From assembly GCA_024137785.1 (NCBI GenBank), contig JAHRHZ010000065.1, positions 18,215,590-18,279,589 on the forward strand: a DNA stretch of 64,000 bases, read 5' to 3'. Positions within the stretch are counted from its first letter, which is position 1. Every line of letters begins with the position of its first letter. A model generated the notes under the pieces. It had not been told where the DNA came from, searched no databases, and was given only the letters and a program-made list of their open reading frames with translations. Of this stretch, positions 25,490 to 38,060 are shown in pieces. This stretch comes from Ginglymostoma cirratum (Eukaryota). Both the position numbers and the translations under genes were made by a program.

Positions 25490-25615
25490 TTTTGTACAGT
25501 ATGACCTGAAAGTGTGCGCAGCCAGTCTTGGTGTAGTCCTCGCCAAAGGCTAGCAATCTCTTTCCAAACTGCTCTGCAAAGGGGTCACTTTCAAACTGCA
25601 ACAAATCTTCAGTCC
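25490..25615 (-). CDS. Candidate internal exon, 126 nt, phase 1-1: (G)TEDLLQFESDPFAEQFGKRLLAFGEDYTKTGCAHFQVILYK
   Basis: Acceptor 'tactaaaaaatttatctttgcag', donor 'aaa|gtaaga'. Length divisible by 3, only one of three frames open, protein-like composition. Homolog not recognised. Confidence 0.4.
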
Positions 25616-25656
25616 CTGCAAAGATAAATTTTTTAGTAGCTACCACACCCTGAACC

Positions 25657-27356
25657 ATTCATAGAGTAATACAGCATGGAAACAGGCCCTTCAGCCCAAA
25701 TTAGTCCATGCTGACCATGGTGCCCACTTAGCTGGTTCCAATAGCCTGCATTTGGTCCGTATCCCTCTAAACCCTTCCCGTCCATGTACCTGTCCAAATG
25801 TTTTATAAATGTTGCTATTGTACCCGCCTCAACCACTTCCTCTGGCAGCCCATTCCATATACGCACCACTCTGTGCGTGAAGAACTTGCCCCTAAAGGTC
25901 CTTCTTAAATCTTTGCCCTCTCACCTTAAACCTATGCCCTCTAGTTTTCAATTCCCCATCCCTGGGAAAAAGACTAAAAGCATTCATCCTATCTATACCC
26001 CTTATGAATTTATACAACTCAATAAGGTCACTCCTCACTCCAAGGAATAAAGTCGTATCCTGGCCAACCTCTCCCTATAACTCAGGCCTACTAGTCCTGG
26101 CAACATCCTCATAAGTCTGTTTGCGCACTTTCCAGTTTAACTATGTCTTTCCTACAACAGCGTGACCAAAACTGTGCACAACACTCCAAGTGTGGCCTCA
26201 TTTGTACAATTGTAACATGATTTCCCAACTCCTGTACTGAATGCCTCGAAAGATGAAGGCCAGAATGCTAAATGCCTCCTTCACCACCCTGTCTACCTGT
26301 GACACCGCTTTCAACAAACTATGTACTTGTACTCCTAGGTCCCTCTGTTCCACAACACTCCTCAATACCTCACCATTTACTGTAGAAGTCCTACTTTGGT
26401 TTGAGGTCGGTGCAACACCCAAAGTGCAACATCTCATACTTATCTGTATTGAATTGCAGTTGCCAATCCTCAGCCCACTTCCCCATCTGATCAAGTTCCC
26501 TCTGTAACTTTTAATAATCTTCCTCACTAACGATACCTCCTAATTTTGTATCATCTGCAAACTCACTAATCATGCCTTGTATATTCACATCCAGATCATT
26601 TGTGTAAACAACAAATATCAAAGGTGCCAGCACCGACCCCTGTGGCATACCGCTAGTCACAGGCCTCCAGTCTGAGAAACAACCTTAAACCATCACCCTC
26701 TGCTTCGTACCATTGAGCCAATTTTGAATCCAATTAGATGGCTCTTTCTGGATCCCATGCGACCTAACTTTCATGACTAGCCTTGTCAAAGGCCTTACTA
26801 AAGTCCAAATAGACAATGTCCACTGCCCTAACCTCATCTATCCTCTTGGTTACCTCTTCGAAAAACTCTAAAAAGATTTGTCAGACATGACTTCCCGCAC
26901 ACAAATCCATGCTGACTGTCCCTAATCAGACCTTCACTATCCAAATGTTGATTGATCCTGTCCCTCAGTATCCTCTCCAATATCTTCCCTACCATTGATG
27001 TCAGGCTCACTGGCGTCTGGTTCCCTGGCTTGTCTTAGCTGCCTTTTTTAAACAATGGAACAACATTAGCCACTCACCAGACTTCTGGAACTTCACTAGT
27101 GGCTAAAGATGAAACAAAAATCTCTGCAAGGATCTCTGCAATTTCTTGCTTAGCCTCCCACAAAGTCCAATGATGGACTTGATCAGGCCCAGGGGATTTA
27201 TCCACCTTAATGTGCTTAAAAGCTGCAAACACCTCCTCTCTGGTAATATGCATGTGGCCCCAACATCCCCACTTGTTTCCCTGGCATCCATGGTTCTCTC
27301 CTCAGTAAACACTGAGGAGAAATATTCGCTAAAAATCTCCCCCATCTCCTCCAAAT
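25657..27356 (-). mobile_element. CR1 LINE, 1.7 kb, 5'-truncated, frameshifted
   Basis: ORF pieces EEMGEIFSEYFSSVFTEE, EQRDLGVQVHSLLK...RSWEIMLQLYK and VRIWNGLPEEVVEAGTIATFIKHLDRYM, plus a CR1 3' tail. Confidence 0.95.
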
Positions 27357-27384
27357 CAGGAAGGATTTAATACTTTATTCTAAT

Positions 27385-28292
27385 CAAGGTTTGCAACTTT
27401 CACAAGACCTCAAAGTCACTGAGCAGACCTCAACTGGCCTGCATCCTGAGGTCTTGGTGAAGTTTAGAGGATGGAATTTCTGTATTGTACTGAATCGACC
27501 ACCCAGCCTTCTGATTTGTGTGAAGACACGCCATAAAGCTAGAGCCAGTAGATCTGAGCCTAACTGGTAAGGTGGGTGTGACAAGTAGCTGATTGGTTCA
27601 TAGAGTTGTGACCAGTTGTTGATGACAAAGGTCTTCTGCCTGCCAACAATGTGTGATTAGCTCCCAAGTAGCTGAACAGCTCATGGGTAGAAACGACATG
27701 CCCTGAAGCCTTTGGACCTCTGGAAGGGGAAGTGGTGTCCTTCTCTCTGCAGTAAAAATTACCTAAAATCGAATAATAAAATCTTATTTTCCTTCATTGT
27801 TAGCTATTCCTTTTGACCAATAAGTCAGAAATGTTGTAAGTTATAAACCAATCATCTTATGCCTCCCGCAAGCAAGTGAAAGTACCTGGGAGAAGAAAAA
27901 TCAAGGAGCATCAAATTCTGACAAGTCAAGAAGATCATCTTGGCAAATAAGGGTCCTTCAATTGTCTTCCCAGTTTCCCCTTCCACCCGTAACATTATTT
28001 TTTTTTCTGTCTGTGTATACTTGTTTGTGAGTGTAGGGGAATTTTCTATGGGGTTAGCGTTTTAAAGAGTAGCATTACGTGTTAACAGTTCATAGTCATT
28101 TTACCTGTATTTGTAATAAACTGTAATTTTTGTTAAGTACAGAAAATTGGTTTGTGTTTTCTCTCAGCCTTGGTGTAAAAAGACCGGTAAAGTGGGGAAT
28201 TTTATGTACTTTGATAAAATCTTTAACTTTTGGGATGACTCTGGGAATATCAGGCCTCGATTCCCATTGTGCTATCCCAGTGAGGTGTAACA
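27385..28292 (+). mobile_element. Probable LTR remnant (solo or truncated)
   Basis: AATAAA at about 28115, a GT-rich U5-like stretch, and the terminus ...GAGGTGTAACA at 28292. 5' TG boundary and TSD not found. Confidence 0.45.
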
Positions 28293-28388
28293 ACTTACAA
28301 AAGGGAAGGGTTCTTGGCAGTGATGTTTCATCCATGCCAACTGAGTGACCTCAGTAAGTTTTTCTTCCTCTCTGTTCCATTTTTAAAA

Positions 28389-29950
28389 ATTCATTTGTGG
28401 GATATGAGCTGGCCAGCATTTCTTGCCTGTCCCTAATTGCCCTTCAGAAGGTAGTGGTGAGCTGCCTTCTTGAACCGCTGCAGTTCTCTTGCTGTGGATT
28501 GACACACAGTGCTACTAGGGAGGAAATTCCAGGATTTTGACCAAGTGACAGTGAAGGAACGACGATGTATTTCTAAGTCAGGATGGTGAATGACTTGGAG
28601 GGGAACTTGGAGGTGGTGGTGTTCTAATATGTGTGATGCCCTTGTCCTTCCAGATGGAAGTGGTTGTCTCTGAGCTATTTGAGGGTGATGATAGAAGCTT
28701 TGGTGATGTATCNNNNNNNNNNTGTAGCTTACCTCGTTGGTTGGCTATTAAGTGTCTCAATTCCCACATTTGGAAGGTGCAGTCTGAGGATCTTTGGTGA
28801 ATTTCTGCAGTGCACCTTGTAGATAGTATACACTGCTGCCACTGAGCATCGGTGGTGGAGGGAGTAGATTCAGTGCCAATCAAGCAGGCTGCTTTGTCCT
28901 GGATTGCGTCAAGCTTCTTGAGTGTTGTAGAGGCTGCACTCGTCCAGGCAAGTGGGGAGTATTCCATCACACTCCTGACTTGTGCCTTGTAGATGGCGGT
29001 CAGGCTTTGGGGAGTTACTTGCCGCAGTATTCCTGGCCTCTAGCCTGCTGTTGCAGCCACTGTGTTAATGTGGTGAGTCCAGTTGAGTTTCCGGTCAATG
29101 GTAACCCCCAGGATGTTGATAGTGGGGGATTCAGCGATGGCAACTCCATTGAATGTCAAGGGACGATGGTTAGATTCTCTCTTATAGGTGATGGTCATAG
29201 CCTGGCATTTGGATGGCACGAATGTCACTTAGCCAGTTGTCAGCCCAAGGCTGGACATTGTCCAGATCTTGTTGCATTTGAACATGGCCTGCTTCAGTAT
29301 CTGAGGAGTTATGAATGGTGCTGAACGTTGTGCAATCATCAGCGAACATCCCCACTTCTGACCTTGTGATGAAGGGAAGGTCATGGATGAAGCAGCTGAA
29401 GATGTTTGGATCTCGGACACTACCCTGAGGAACTCCTGCAGAGGTGTCCTGGAGCTGAGATGATTGACTGCCAACAAGCATGACCATCTTCCTACGTGTC
29501 AGGTATGATTCCAACCACCGGAGAGTTTGCCCCCTGATACCCATTGATTCCAGTTTTGCTAGGGCTCCTTGATGCCACACTCGGTCAAATGCAGCCTTAA
29601 TATCAAGGGCTGTCACTCCCATCTCGCCTCTGGAAGTCAGCTGTTTTGTCCATGTTTGAACCAAGGCTGTAATGAGATTAGGAGCTGAGTGGCCCTGGTG
29701 GAACCCAAACTGGGTGTCACTGAGCAGGTTATTTCTGAGCAGATGCTGCTTGATAGCACTGATGACACCTTCCATCACTTTACTGATGATCGAGAGTAGA
29801 CTGATGGGGCGGTAATTGGCCGGGTTGGATTTGTCCTGCTTTGTGTATAGGACATAACTTGGGCAATTTTCCACATTGTTGGGTAGATAGCAGCATTGTA
29901 ACTGTACTGGAACAGCTTGGCTAGGGGAGCGGCAAGTTCTGGAGCACCAA
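28389..29950 (-). mobile_element. LINE of the CR1/L2 group with reverse-transcriptase domain, pseudogenised
   Basis: ORF 29182-29874 has NYRPISLLSIISKVME, QFGF, ALDIKAAFDRVWH, GVPQGS and MFADD. Frameshifts on both sides. 3' tail at about 28389. Confidence 0.95.
28713..28722. other. Assembly gap (10 N)
   Basis: Run of 10 n, flanked on each side by 47 bp identical to the two ends of 30640-30919. Confidence 0.99.
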
Positions 29951-31835
29951 TAGATGCTGTCCTAATGTTCACAACTCGGGTGGACAGAATCTGCTCTGTT
30001 TGGCCCTGTTGCTTTGGAACACTTGTGTAGTTGTACCAAGGAGCTTTTGGGCCTAGAGGGGAGAGGTCCCTTCTGATCTCCTGCCCAGATGTATGCTCAC
30101 CCTCCTTAGCTTGAACATTCGTATGCTGTGGTATGAAAGTGGTAAAAATGGAGTGCTTCTGAGAGTCCTGTGTGTAGCTCTTTCTCCCTGTGTGCCTCTT
30201 CACATCACTCTAGGATCCCTCATTCCCCTCTTGCCTTGCCATTGATACTAAACACTAATGGTTGGAGCGATGAAATGCAAGTCTGAGAGTCTATCTGGCA
30301 GCTACTGAGTATGCGGGACCAGGCTGTCTATGGCAGTTTCAAACCAGTCCATAGCGCCAGCCAGATGCTCAAATGCTGGGGCCTGCACAATGTTGATAAT
30401 GTGGATGAACTCCTCCATCATTTACTTCATCCTTCCTCCGTCAAACCTGCCTGTTGTTCCTGTGCCTATATGTGCAGTTTGATGGTGATGTTTGGGCTGA
30501 GTAAGTACCTGGTCTCTGGAATTCATCTGCGTGCCAGAGAGCTGAGGTGTTCCTTCCTCAACCACCTGTGGAGACATGTTAGTGATTCACTTACCAGACT
30601 GTACTCCTGAGTCTAATCTAGATACAGTAATAGCTGCAAGTCTCTGAGCTATTTGAGGGTGATGATAGAAGCTTTGGTGATGTATCCTTTGAGGGTTCAA
30701 TAACTTCCTCCTCAGATGTGGAAGTGGAACTGAGGGTCTGTAGTGCAGCCTTTTTGTGGAGGTATGCTGTGTGATACATAAGAGGGGGGATTATCATTCT
30801 AACTGGGATCAAAGCTTACGTCGATTCGGAATGACTTAGCACTGGTGATAGTGAGGAGGTAGCTTAGCATAATGTAGCTTACCTCGTTGGTTGGCTATTA
30901 AGTGTCTCAATTCCCACATCAGCAATCTGTGCTCTTTCCAAACCCAGAGTTTTCTGTTAGGCAGTGAGGAGTGAGATACCTACCAGTCTTGGTCCTCTTG
31001 GCCTGATTGTGGACCAATTCTTCCTGCAAAGAGACAAAGGGAGGGACTGAGTATGATGGAAATAGATGGAAGCACAGCTTGTGGTGGTGAGGGAGGTGTC
31101 CTCAGTGAGTGAGTAGGGAACACAGGATGGATTCAGAGTTAGGGAGGTTGAGGTGGGTGCAGACTGCTGAGTGGAGATGATATACACAATACTGAGAGTT
31201 ATGGTCCATGAACATTTCATGACATGTGTATGCAGTGGCAGATCAGAGTGAGTGCTGGCCCTGTGAGTGTGTGATCACAGGTGGGAGAACTCTTACACTT
31301 CTGGGATTGCAGAAGATCATTGACCTTCTTCCTGATCCACTGGGTATCTCAGCGAGGGCACAGCCCTGATCCAGCTACAATCCATGTCCATCTGGCAGTG
31401 TCTGCTGGACTGGACTCCTGTGGCAGTCAGCTGGGAAGATAACTACCCTCCTCTCCACGACCCTGTCCTCAAACACCTTCAGGTCCCTGTCCGCATTGCA
31501 GGGAGTGAGCTCTCTGTTCCACTGGCTGTATCCTAAATGTAGAGGCTTGAGCATTGCAATGTGTGGTTCAATACCTGTTAGGCAGAATCTGAAATGGTGT
31601 ACACCTGGGATTTAGAAACTCTGTCAGAGTTGTGTACGCTGGAAACGTCCAGCAATGGCTATTACTTCCACCTCTCTGGCTGAGTGATTCCCGGGAAAAT
31701 GTGCCCAAGAGTCCAACTGCAAAGGCAATGAAATGAAGAATGGAAGATTGTATGAAAAAAGTCGTTCCAAGCCATGGCAGATCAGGCACAATGAATTGAC
31801 AAAACACTTTAAATGAAAATGGGGAAATTCTGCCC
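29951..31835 (-). mobile_element. Harbinger-like DNA transposon relic with spliced Myb/SANT-like gene (copy 2)
   Basis: Minus strand reads DRDLKVFEDRVVERRVVIFP...RKKVNDLLQSQK, then a GTAAGA...tctcttttgcAG intron (31296-31024), then EELVHNQAKRTKTG. Terminus GGGCAGAATTT at 31835-31825. Confidence 0.7.
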
Positions 31836-32299
31836 TATTTCCTTTTCAGTAGTATGGTCTTGGGTCAAACCTTGCCCAGAAAATTGTAATTTTAATTGAA
31901 GTGAACTTTGCTTGCCTCAGAGTGGGTCCAAGTGCACAGCGCGATCATTGAGCACTAATGGATACTTAGTTGACAGCCTCCCTCACAGAGGCCATAAGGT
32001 TGGCTGCTGTGCAAAGTGGAATTTTTAATGATATGAACATATTGGAGTTTAGCTGTTAAATTGAATTTTGCTGTGTCTAGTCTGGACAAACTCAGTGTTG
32101 ACGTGAAATAAAGAGAAGTGTTTATCTTACAGCACTGGCATTGCTCACCCGATGAACAAATGATTAAGGAAAAATTCCTTAATTGTTAAAAATAATACAG
32201 TGAAGCTGACCTATAAATTCATGTATGCACATGAATCCAGGGGAGGTGAAATTGCCTTATTTTTTGAACTTATGTCTATAAATTTAGTCATGCAGTGAA

Positions 32300-35200
32300 C
32301 ATTTTACCAGGGCCAACCAGCCGACCGAGCCCCAAAATTACAGCAAGTATGTACGTTTCTGTCCAGAAGAGGTTGTTTAAAATAGGTTGTACCAGTGAAA
32401 TGGAGTGAGATATAAAGGGAGGAGTAACTGGATTTGAATTAGGGTCTTGGGCTTCCTGCATGACTGACTTTTGGTGTTTGAAATCCCCAGTTTGTCAGCC
32501 ATTACATGATAAACTTACACAGCATGACATTGCAATAACCTGCAGGAAGGCCCCTCGGCTGTCCTGAATGTGAAGCCTGGAGGAATGTGAGTTAAAAGAA
32601 CACAGGTCAACTCCACCCTCTGCCATTGGTTAACAGTTACCACCACAAGATGCATAGCCACCATAGCTCATTCGCTAGCACCTTAATAATTCAGTTTAAA
32701 TGATGCTCAGGACTTGCCTTTAAGCTGCAAGGATTGAAGCCTACATGCAAATATCCCCGAACCCACCACTGAGCCTGAACTCCTCAATTTCTAGGTCACA
32801 TAATGTAAATTTGGACATCTATTGGTGTGCTGTTTGTACCCATTATTATTTTTAAAGCAGCTGATGAGTCTTGGACTGCATATAGGGTGATGTGGCAAAT
32901 ATATGAACGGTCTGGCAGTGTAGGTGGCAGGTGGGATGTTAGACTTTGGTTTGGGTGCTTCCAAGAACCAAGGAGGAGAAGGGTCAACTGGTGGATTTAA
33001 TTAGTGTGGGCAATGAAACAGGCAATGGAAACTTCCTATCTCTATTTGGATCTTGCTATTGGGTAGGAAGAGGTGATAAGAAGGTCATTGGGAAGCATTG
33101 GCAGAAATGAGCACACAAGCATGGAACCAATGATACGTTTGCAGCCCAGATTCTTCTCATTGCACAGCAAACCTGCTCCAGATTGATTGAAGGGATGCCT
33201 CAGTGAAAACTACAATGAGTAAATGTTTCCCCTGGTGATTTGTGGAGACACATGGTCTCTGGGTGGAGTTGTCCCCTTGGTTTGTTGCGAATAATGGGGA
33301 GTGAGATAACATAATCTGGGAAAATCCAAAAAATCAGTTACTTGATGTTGAGGAAAATTTATCCAAAGTCCTCAATCCTTAGATGGCATGTTCAGAATCT
33401 CTCCATCAGGTAGTGGGGAGTTCATTTCCCTGCATCTGCATCTCATTAAGATGATGACTCATTGTATTGATATCACTCTTCCAATTTGCCCCACACAATC
33501 TGGAAATTCAACAGTTCTAAAAGTCAATGGGTTCCTCAGAACAGATGCCTGGTGACTTGTCCTGCTGCAGTCACAAAATGGCTATACTGGCCATCTTGTT
33601 TTTCTTCATATGGAAATGCTGCTTCTGTACAAGGTCAGTGACCACACTCTTCCTGCCCCTTCATTGAGGCAGTTAGGCATCAACAAAACCCAGGGCACAC
33701 AACGTCATCATCAAACTTTGTCTTGGCCCAACACATTCATTACTTCAGGGCTTCATGTATGTGCTTTAGAGCTGAGGCACAGCCAGGACCTGCTTGTGGC
33801 AACTCACTTTGTACTGAGTGAAAACCAGCCATCTTGTATATCTGTGCGGGATATTTAGCTCTGACATGAAGCTAGCTATCCACTGGGTTTTACCCTGCTC
33901 TTCAGGCAGCTTCTAGCAGTGGGGAGAGCATTGAATGTTGAATGCATCAGTCAGAGGTGGATGGACATGTCCCTGTGCGCCACTGTATTGCTTCAGCCTT
34001 GGAGTTGCAGTAGCTAATGCAGCAAATGCACGGCATGTGCTTGAAGAAAATGGCAATGTATGAAATTCAAAGCGGGATGTTTGTTTAATGGGGTCAGAGT
34101 GGTTTTCTGTCAGTGAGGCCACAGCCACCCAAGGTGCTACTGATCCATTTGTAGACCAAAGGGCAAGCCACTCTTGAGCCAGGCACTTAGTTCTACCTGA
34201 GTCTGGGCATCCATGCACTTACAGTTTGGGGATTGGGGCACTGTCAGTTTTGACTTCAATTGCTAACAGTTATGGAATTACTCAGTCAGAGCTATCCTGT
34301 CAAGTTAGTCCAGGGATGCGCTATTGTCAGTCATGGGTGTTTCAATTCTAATAGGTGTGGTTATCATAGAGTATTCCACGGTGTGATGGGAAAGTGGCAG
34401 ATTTATTCTGGGGGTGGACTTCATTGTAATGGGTCATTGAAGGAATGGTTACAGTGATCGGAGGTGATTGTACATAGAAGAATGGGACCTCACAGTGAAT
34501 GGAAGGGGGTTGGGAGCTCTTCAGATGGGAAGTGGGGAGGTTCAAGCAGGTCACAACAACTCTTCCTCTCCCTTTCCATCCCACCATATTTAGTTGTAGC
34601 CCGGTGTCTGCAGCTGGGGTGGAGAGAGCCTGCTTTGTGATCGACCCTGCTGATTTGGAGGAGTTGGCACTTGTTTCCGATACCCTTCAGCCTAAGAAAG
34701 CTTAGGCCTGCTGAGAGCCTCCTGCATCAATGCAGGCTTGCCTTCTATGGCTTGCATTGTTGCAGGCTTCAGGATCACAGAGCAGGAGTTTGGAGAAGCT
34801 AGCCATCTCTGAAGTGTGCTAGATATGAGACTGATTTTTTTTTGAGAACAGAGCGATCAAAGCTTGTGCAGAAGAGAAATGAGTTAACTCTGTTGGTAAT
34901 CAGAGGAGTACAGCACAGTGAAGCATATTGGACTCAATGTCCCTTACTGCATCCCTGTCTGAAAATAAATGGTACTAGTCCTCACCAACCACCTCCACCC
35001 TAAAACCCCAACCCCCATATTGGTCCTCTCAGCTACATTTTGGGCCGGTTTATTTCCTCAAATATGGAAAAGGGAGGGATAGAGTGTGATGGAAGTGGAT
35101 GCAAGAGCAGTTAGTAATCATACGTGAGGAGGAGGAGGACAGATGGTAAGGTGTCTCCATGACTGAGTAGGAAGAGCTGAGGGCAGAAATGATTAGTGGT

Positions 35201-35820
35201 TGTAAACGATGAGATAGGTGTGAGCCTTTGAGTGAACGTAGAGCATGTGATGCCAAAGTGCTGTAGTCTATCACCCTCTTTAATGCAATGACAGAGTTAT
35301 AATGATTGATGGCCCCTTGAGTGTGCAATAGCAAAGAAAAGATGTTGCCACTTACCCTTGCTATGCAGTGGAGATTATTGACCTTTCTGCATCTTTTCAT
35401 GGTGGAGGCTTGAGCTGCTAGCTTTTCCCAGGCTGCCTGAGTCTGATGGTGTTGTATTTTCTCCATTGTCCCATCCACCAGTGCCTCGAGATCTTTCTTC
35501 AAAAAGCATGGAATGAGCTTCATTTTCTTTTGCACCACATTTTGAGAAGTTAGAAGTGAGCATCAGCGTGCTAGTCCCTGGTGTGCAGTGGTGTCTAGCT
35601 ATTGGCAAAGCCTTGGGAACCGGAAAGTCCTGGCAGCCCCCAGCCCCTCTGTCTCGGCTGCCACATGATTTGCTAAGTGACATGCCCAGCATCTTGCTTG
35701 AATAATGAATGATCTGGGATGTAGGCGATTGTTGCGAGATAATGGTCCCCAGACTATGGTGCAGCTGACTCTGTGAAACCCACTCGCCACCACCTTTAAC
35801 TTAATAGGAAAACCTATTCT
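32300..35820. mobile_element. Harbinger-like relic (copy 3): Myb/SANT-like gene on minus strand, faint possible transposase on plus strand
   Basis: ORF 35050-35538 has KDLEALVDG..AAWEKLA..KRCRKVNNLHCIAR, then donor GTAAGT (35355) and an acceptor at 35057. Plus-strand remnants near 33.4-33.7 kb (CIDIT, PG...CSH..AIL) are only faintly transposase-like. Outer boundaries approximate. Confidence 0.55.
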
Positions 35821-35887
35821 AGAAACTCTGGATTGGACATTTCCTTCAAAAGCAGGAACAATGTGTAATGTTCTGATGCTTTCTGAA

Positions 35888-36218
35888 GGAGCAGCACAGT
35901 GGCTCAGTGGTTAGCACTGCTGCCTCACAGCACCAGGGACCTGGGTTCAATTCCAACCCTCAGGCGACTGTCTGTGTGGAGTTTACGCATTCTCCCCATG
36001 TCTACGTGGATTTTCCCCCATAGTCCAAAGATGAGCAGGTTAGGTGGATTAGCCATGCTAAATTGCCTGTAGTGTTCAGGGATGTGTGGGTTAGCTGTAG
36101 AAAATGCAAGGTGATAGGGTAGAGTGTAGGTCTGGGAGAGGTGCTCTTTGGAGGGTTAGTATGGACTTGATAGACCAAATGGCCTGCTTCTGCACTGTAG
36201 GGATTCCATGATTTCTAT
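35888..36218 (+). mobile_element. tRNA-derived V-SINE (HE1-type)
   Basis: A box TGGCTCAGTGG, B box GGTTCAATTCC, V-domain 'gactgtctgtgtggagttt..cattctcccc' and a CR1-like tail. Confidence 0.92.
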
Positions 36219-37544
36219 TAGTGTGCATTGCATGAGCTGATATAGTGGAGATGGCTGAAGTTGAGGTGATGGGTTGTTGAGGAGCTTGGACTTCAGTGAC
36301 AGCTAAGTGTGCACATGTTAAAAAACATCTAATCTTTAATTGTTAAAAACATTGGTGGTTTCACTCTATAAATTTACTTTTAAAGTTGCATTGTTTTAGT
36401 CTTCTGAGTTACACTTACCCAACTAAGTTTGACATAAGTAACTCACCTGAATGCACAAGGATCAATAATTCTGAATTACCTATGTTTGTTAAAATGGAAG
36501 CTGTATATTACTGAATAACTTTTTTTATTGTACTGATCGTACAGACTGGTTTCCTTTTTGTTTTGGGGAAAAAAGAAGGGTTTGAAGAAAAGATGACATT
36601 ACAATAGGTTGCATTAATGAATTAATATAGTCTATAATTTTGAAGTCTTACTTTACATTTTCTGGGAATAGACGATTTAATTGGCTCCAAAATGAGTTTG
36701 AATATTATTCTGGAAAGATTTTAAATCAGTACAACATTCTCAGCAGTTTTCATTTGAACTCTTTTATAGGTAATTAAAAATACAGCAGTTGTTTTCCAGG
36801 ATCCGTGCAAAAGAGCTCAGAGAAATCTCCGCAGCATGAATATTTTTTGTTGTCAAACCTGTACAATACTATCATGATTCCTGGTCACCACTAACTCGCG
36901 TTCCCCTAACTAAAATGGTGGCATCTAGGCGACGGCAGTTTAGTTAAAATGGGGATGAAGATTGCTTAATTTCCCTGATTCGACCTTCTCTCTTTTCCAA
37001 GGTCCACCTACTTTTTCGACCTGGACACCTGTGGGAAGGACAGGGGTCAATGAGACAGGGACTTTATTGTCATATTAGACTGAGGTCAGAATAAGGGGGA
37101 GTAATGGTGGCATACCTGTTGGGTCAAACCTGCCAAGAGGAAGATTTGAGAAGCCCAGACAGGTGTGATTTCAGAAAAATAATAGTTTTAAGTTTCCTCA
37201 TGGACTAGGACAAGGCAGACAACTCCTTTGTAGGCTTGACAAAGCCTTGTCTTCCCTTACCCTGCAGTGTGAATAAGCTTCTGGAAGTTTCAAATCTGAA
37301 GTCCAGGTTGTGAGCTACAGAAATTCAAGCTTCTCCAACTTTGTTTGAATGCAAATTGAACGCAATCCTTTTGATTTCAGGATAGCAGAATTGTCAGCTA
37401 CATTACCTGAAGCAGCTGATTGTTTATCCTTCTGTGTTAATGACATGAGGTAGAGCCTGGATGTGGTTTCAGAAACCTTGGAAAACTATGCTTGAAAAAT
37501 CTCACATCATACAACTACTTCCTGTGATCACTACTGCAGCAAAT

Positions 37545-38060
37545 AGAGAATCACTGAATTATTATAGTGCAGCAGGAGGCCATTTAGCCCATTGTTTCAG
37601 CACCAGCTTTCCAACAGGCATCATGACTTTGTCTCATTCACCTGTCCTTTCCCCATACATTTGCACACTTTCAATTCAAATAATCATCCAATCTCCTCTT
37701 GAATCCCTCAATTAATTGCTTTCAACACACATCCAGGCAGTACATTGCAAAACAGAACCACTCATTGTATGATAAGGTTTTTTCCCCTCACAATTGCAAA
37801 TCACTTTAAATCTCTGCCCTCTCATTCTTGATCCTTTTATGATTGCAGACAGTTTCTCCTTATTTACTCTATGCAGACTTCACATAATTTTGAAAATGCC
37901 TATCATCTCTCCTTAGCTTCTTTCTTTCCAAGGATAGCAGTTCTACACTGTCCTCATAGTTTGCAATGCTTCCAAGTTTTGTATCATGCACAAATTTCCT
38001 TCAATACCCTTTTATGCATCTCATCCAATCCAAGTGCCTTGTCAAAGCTCATTGCTCCAT
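37545..38060 (-). mobile_element. Decayed CR1 fragments
   Basis: CR1 3' UTR remnant, plus the internal motif KALGLDEMHKRVLKE (resembles KSPGPDGxHPRVLKE). Confidence 0.7.

Noticed and set aside
29182-29874. 230-aa reverse-transcriptase ORF as a novel RT system (retron or DGR-like)
   Set aside because: The motifs are ordinary non-LTR LINE ORF2, frameshifted on both sides, with decayed sibling copies at 18.7-20.2 and 52.1 kb.
32861-32885. CTGATGA-GTC-TTG-GAC as a hammerhead
   Set aside because: It is followed by TGCA rather than GAAA, so the core is incomplete.
35888-35960. tRNA gene
   Set aside because: The A and B boxes continue into the SINE V-domain and tail; there is no independent cloverleaf end.
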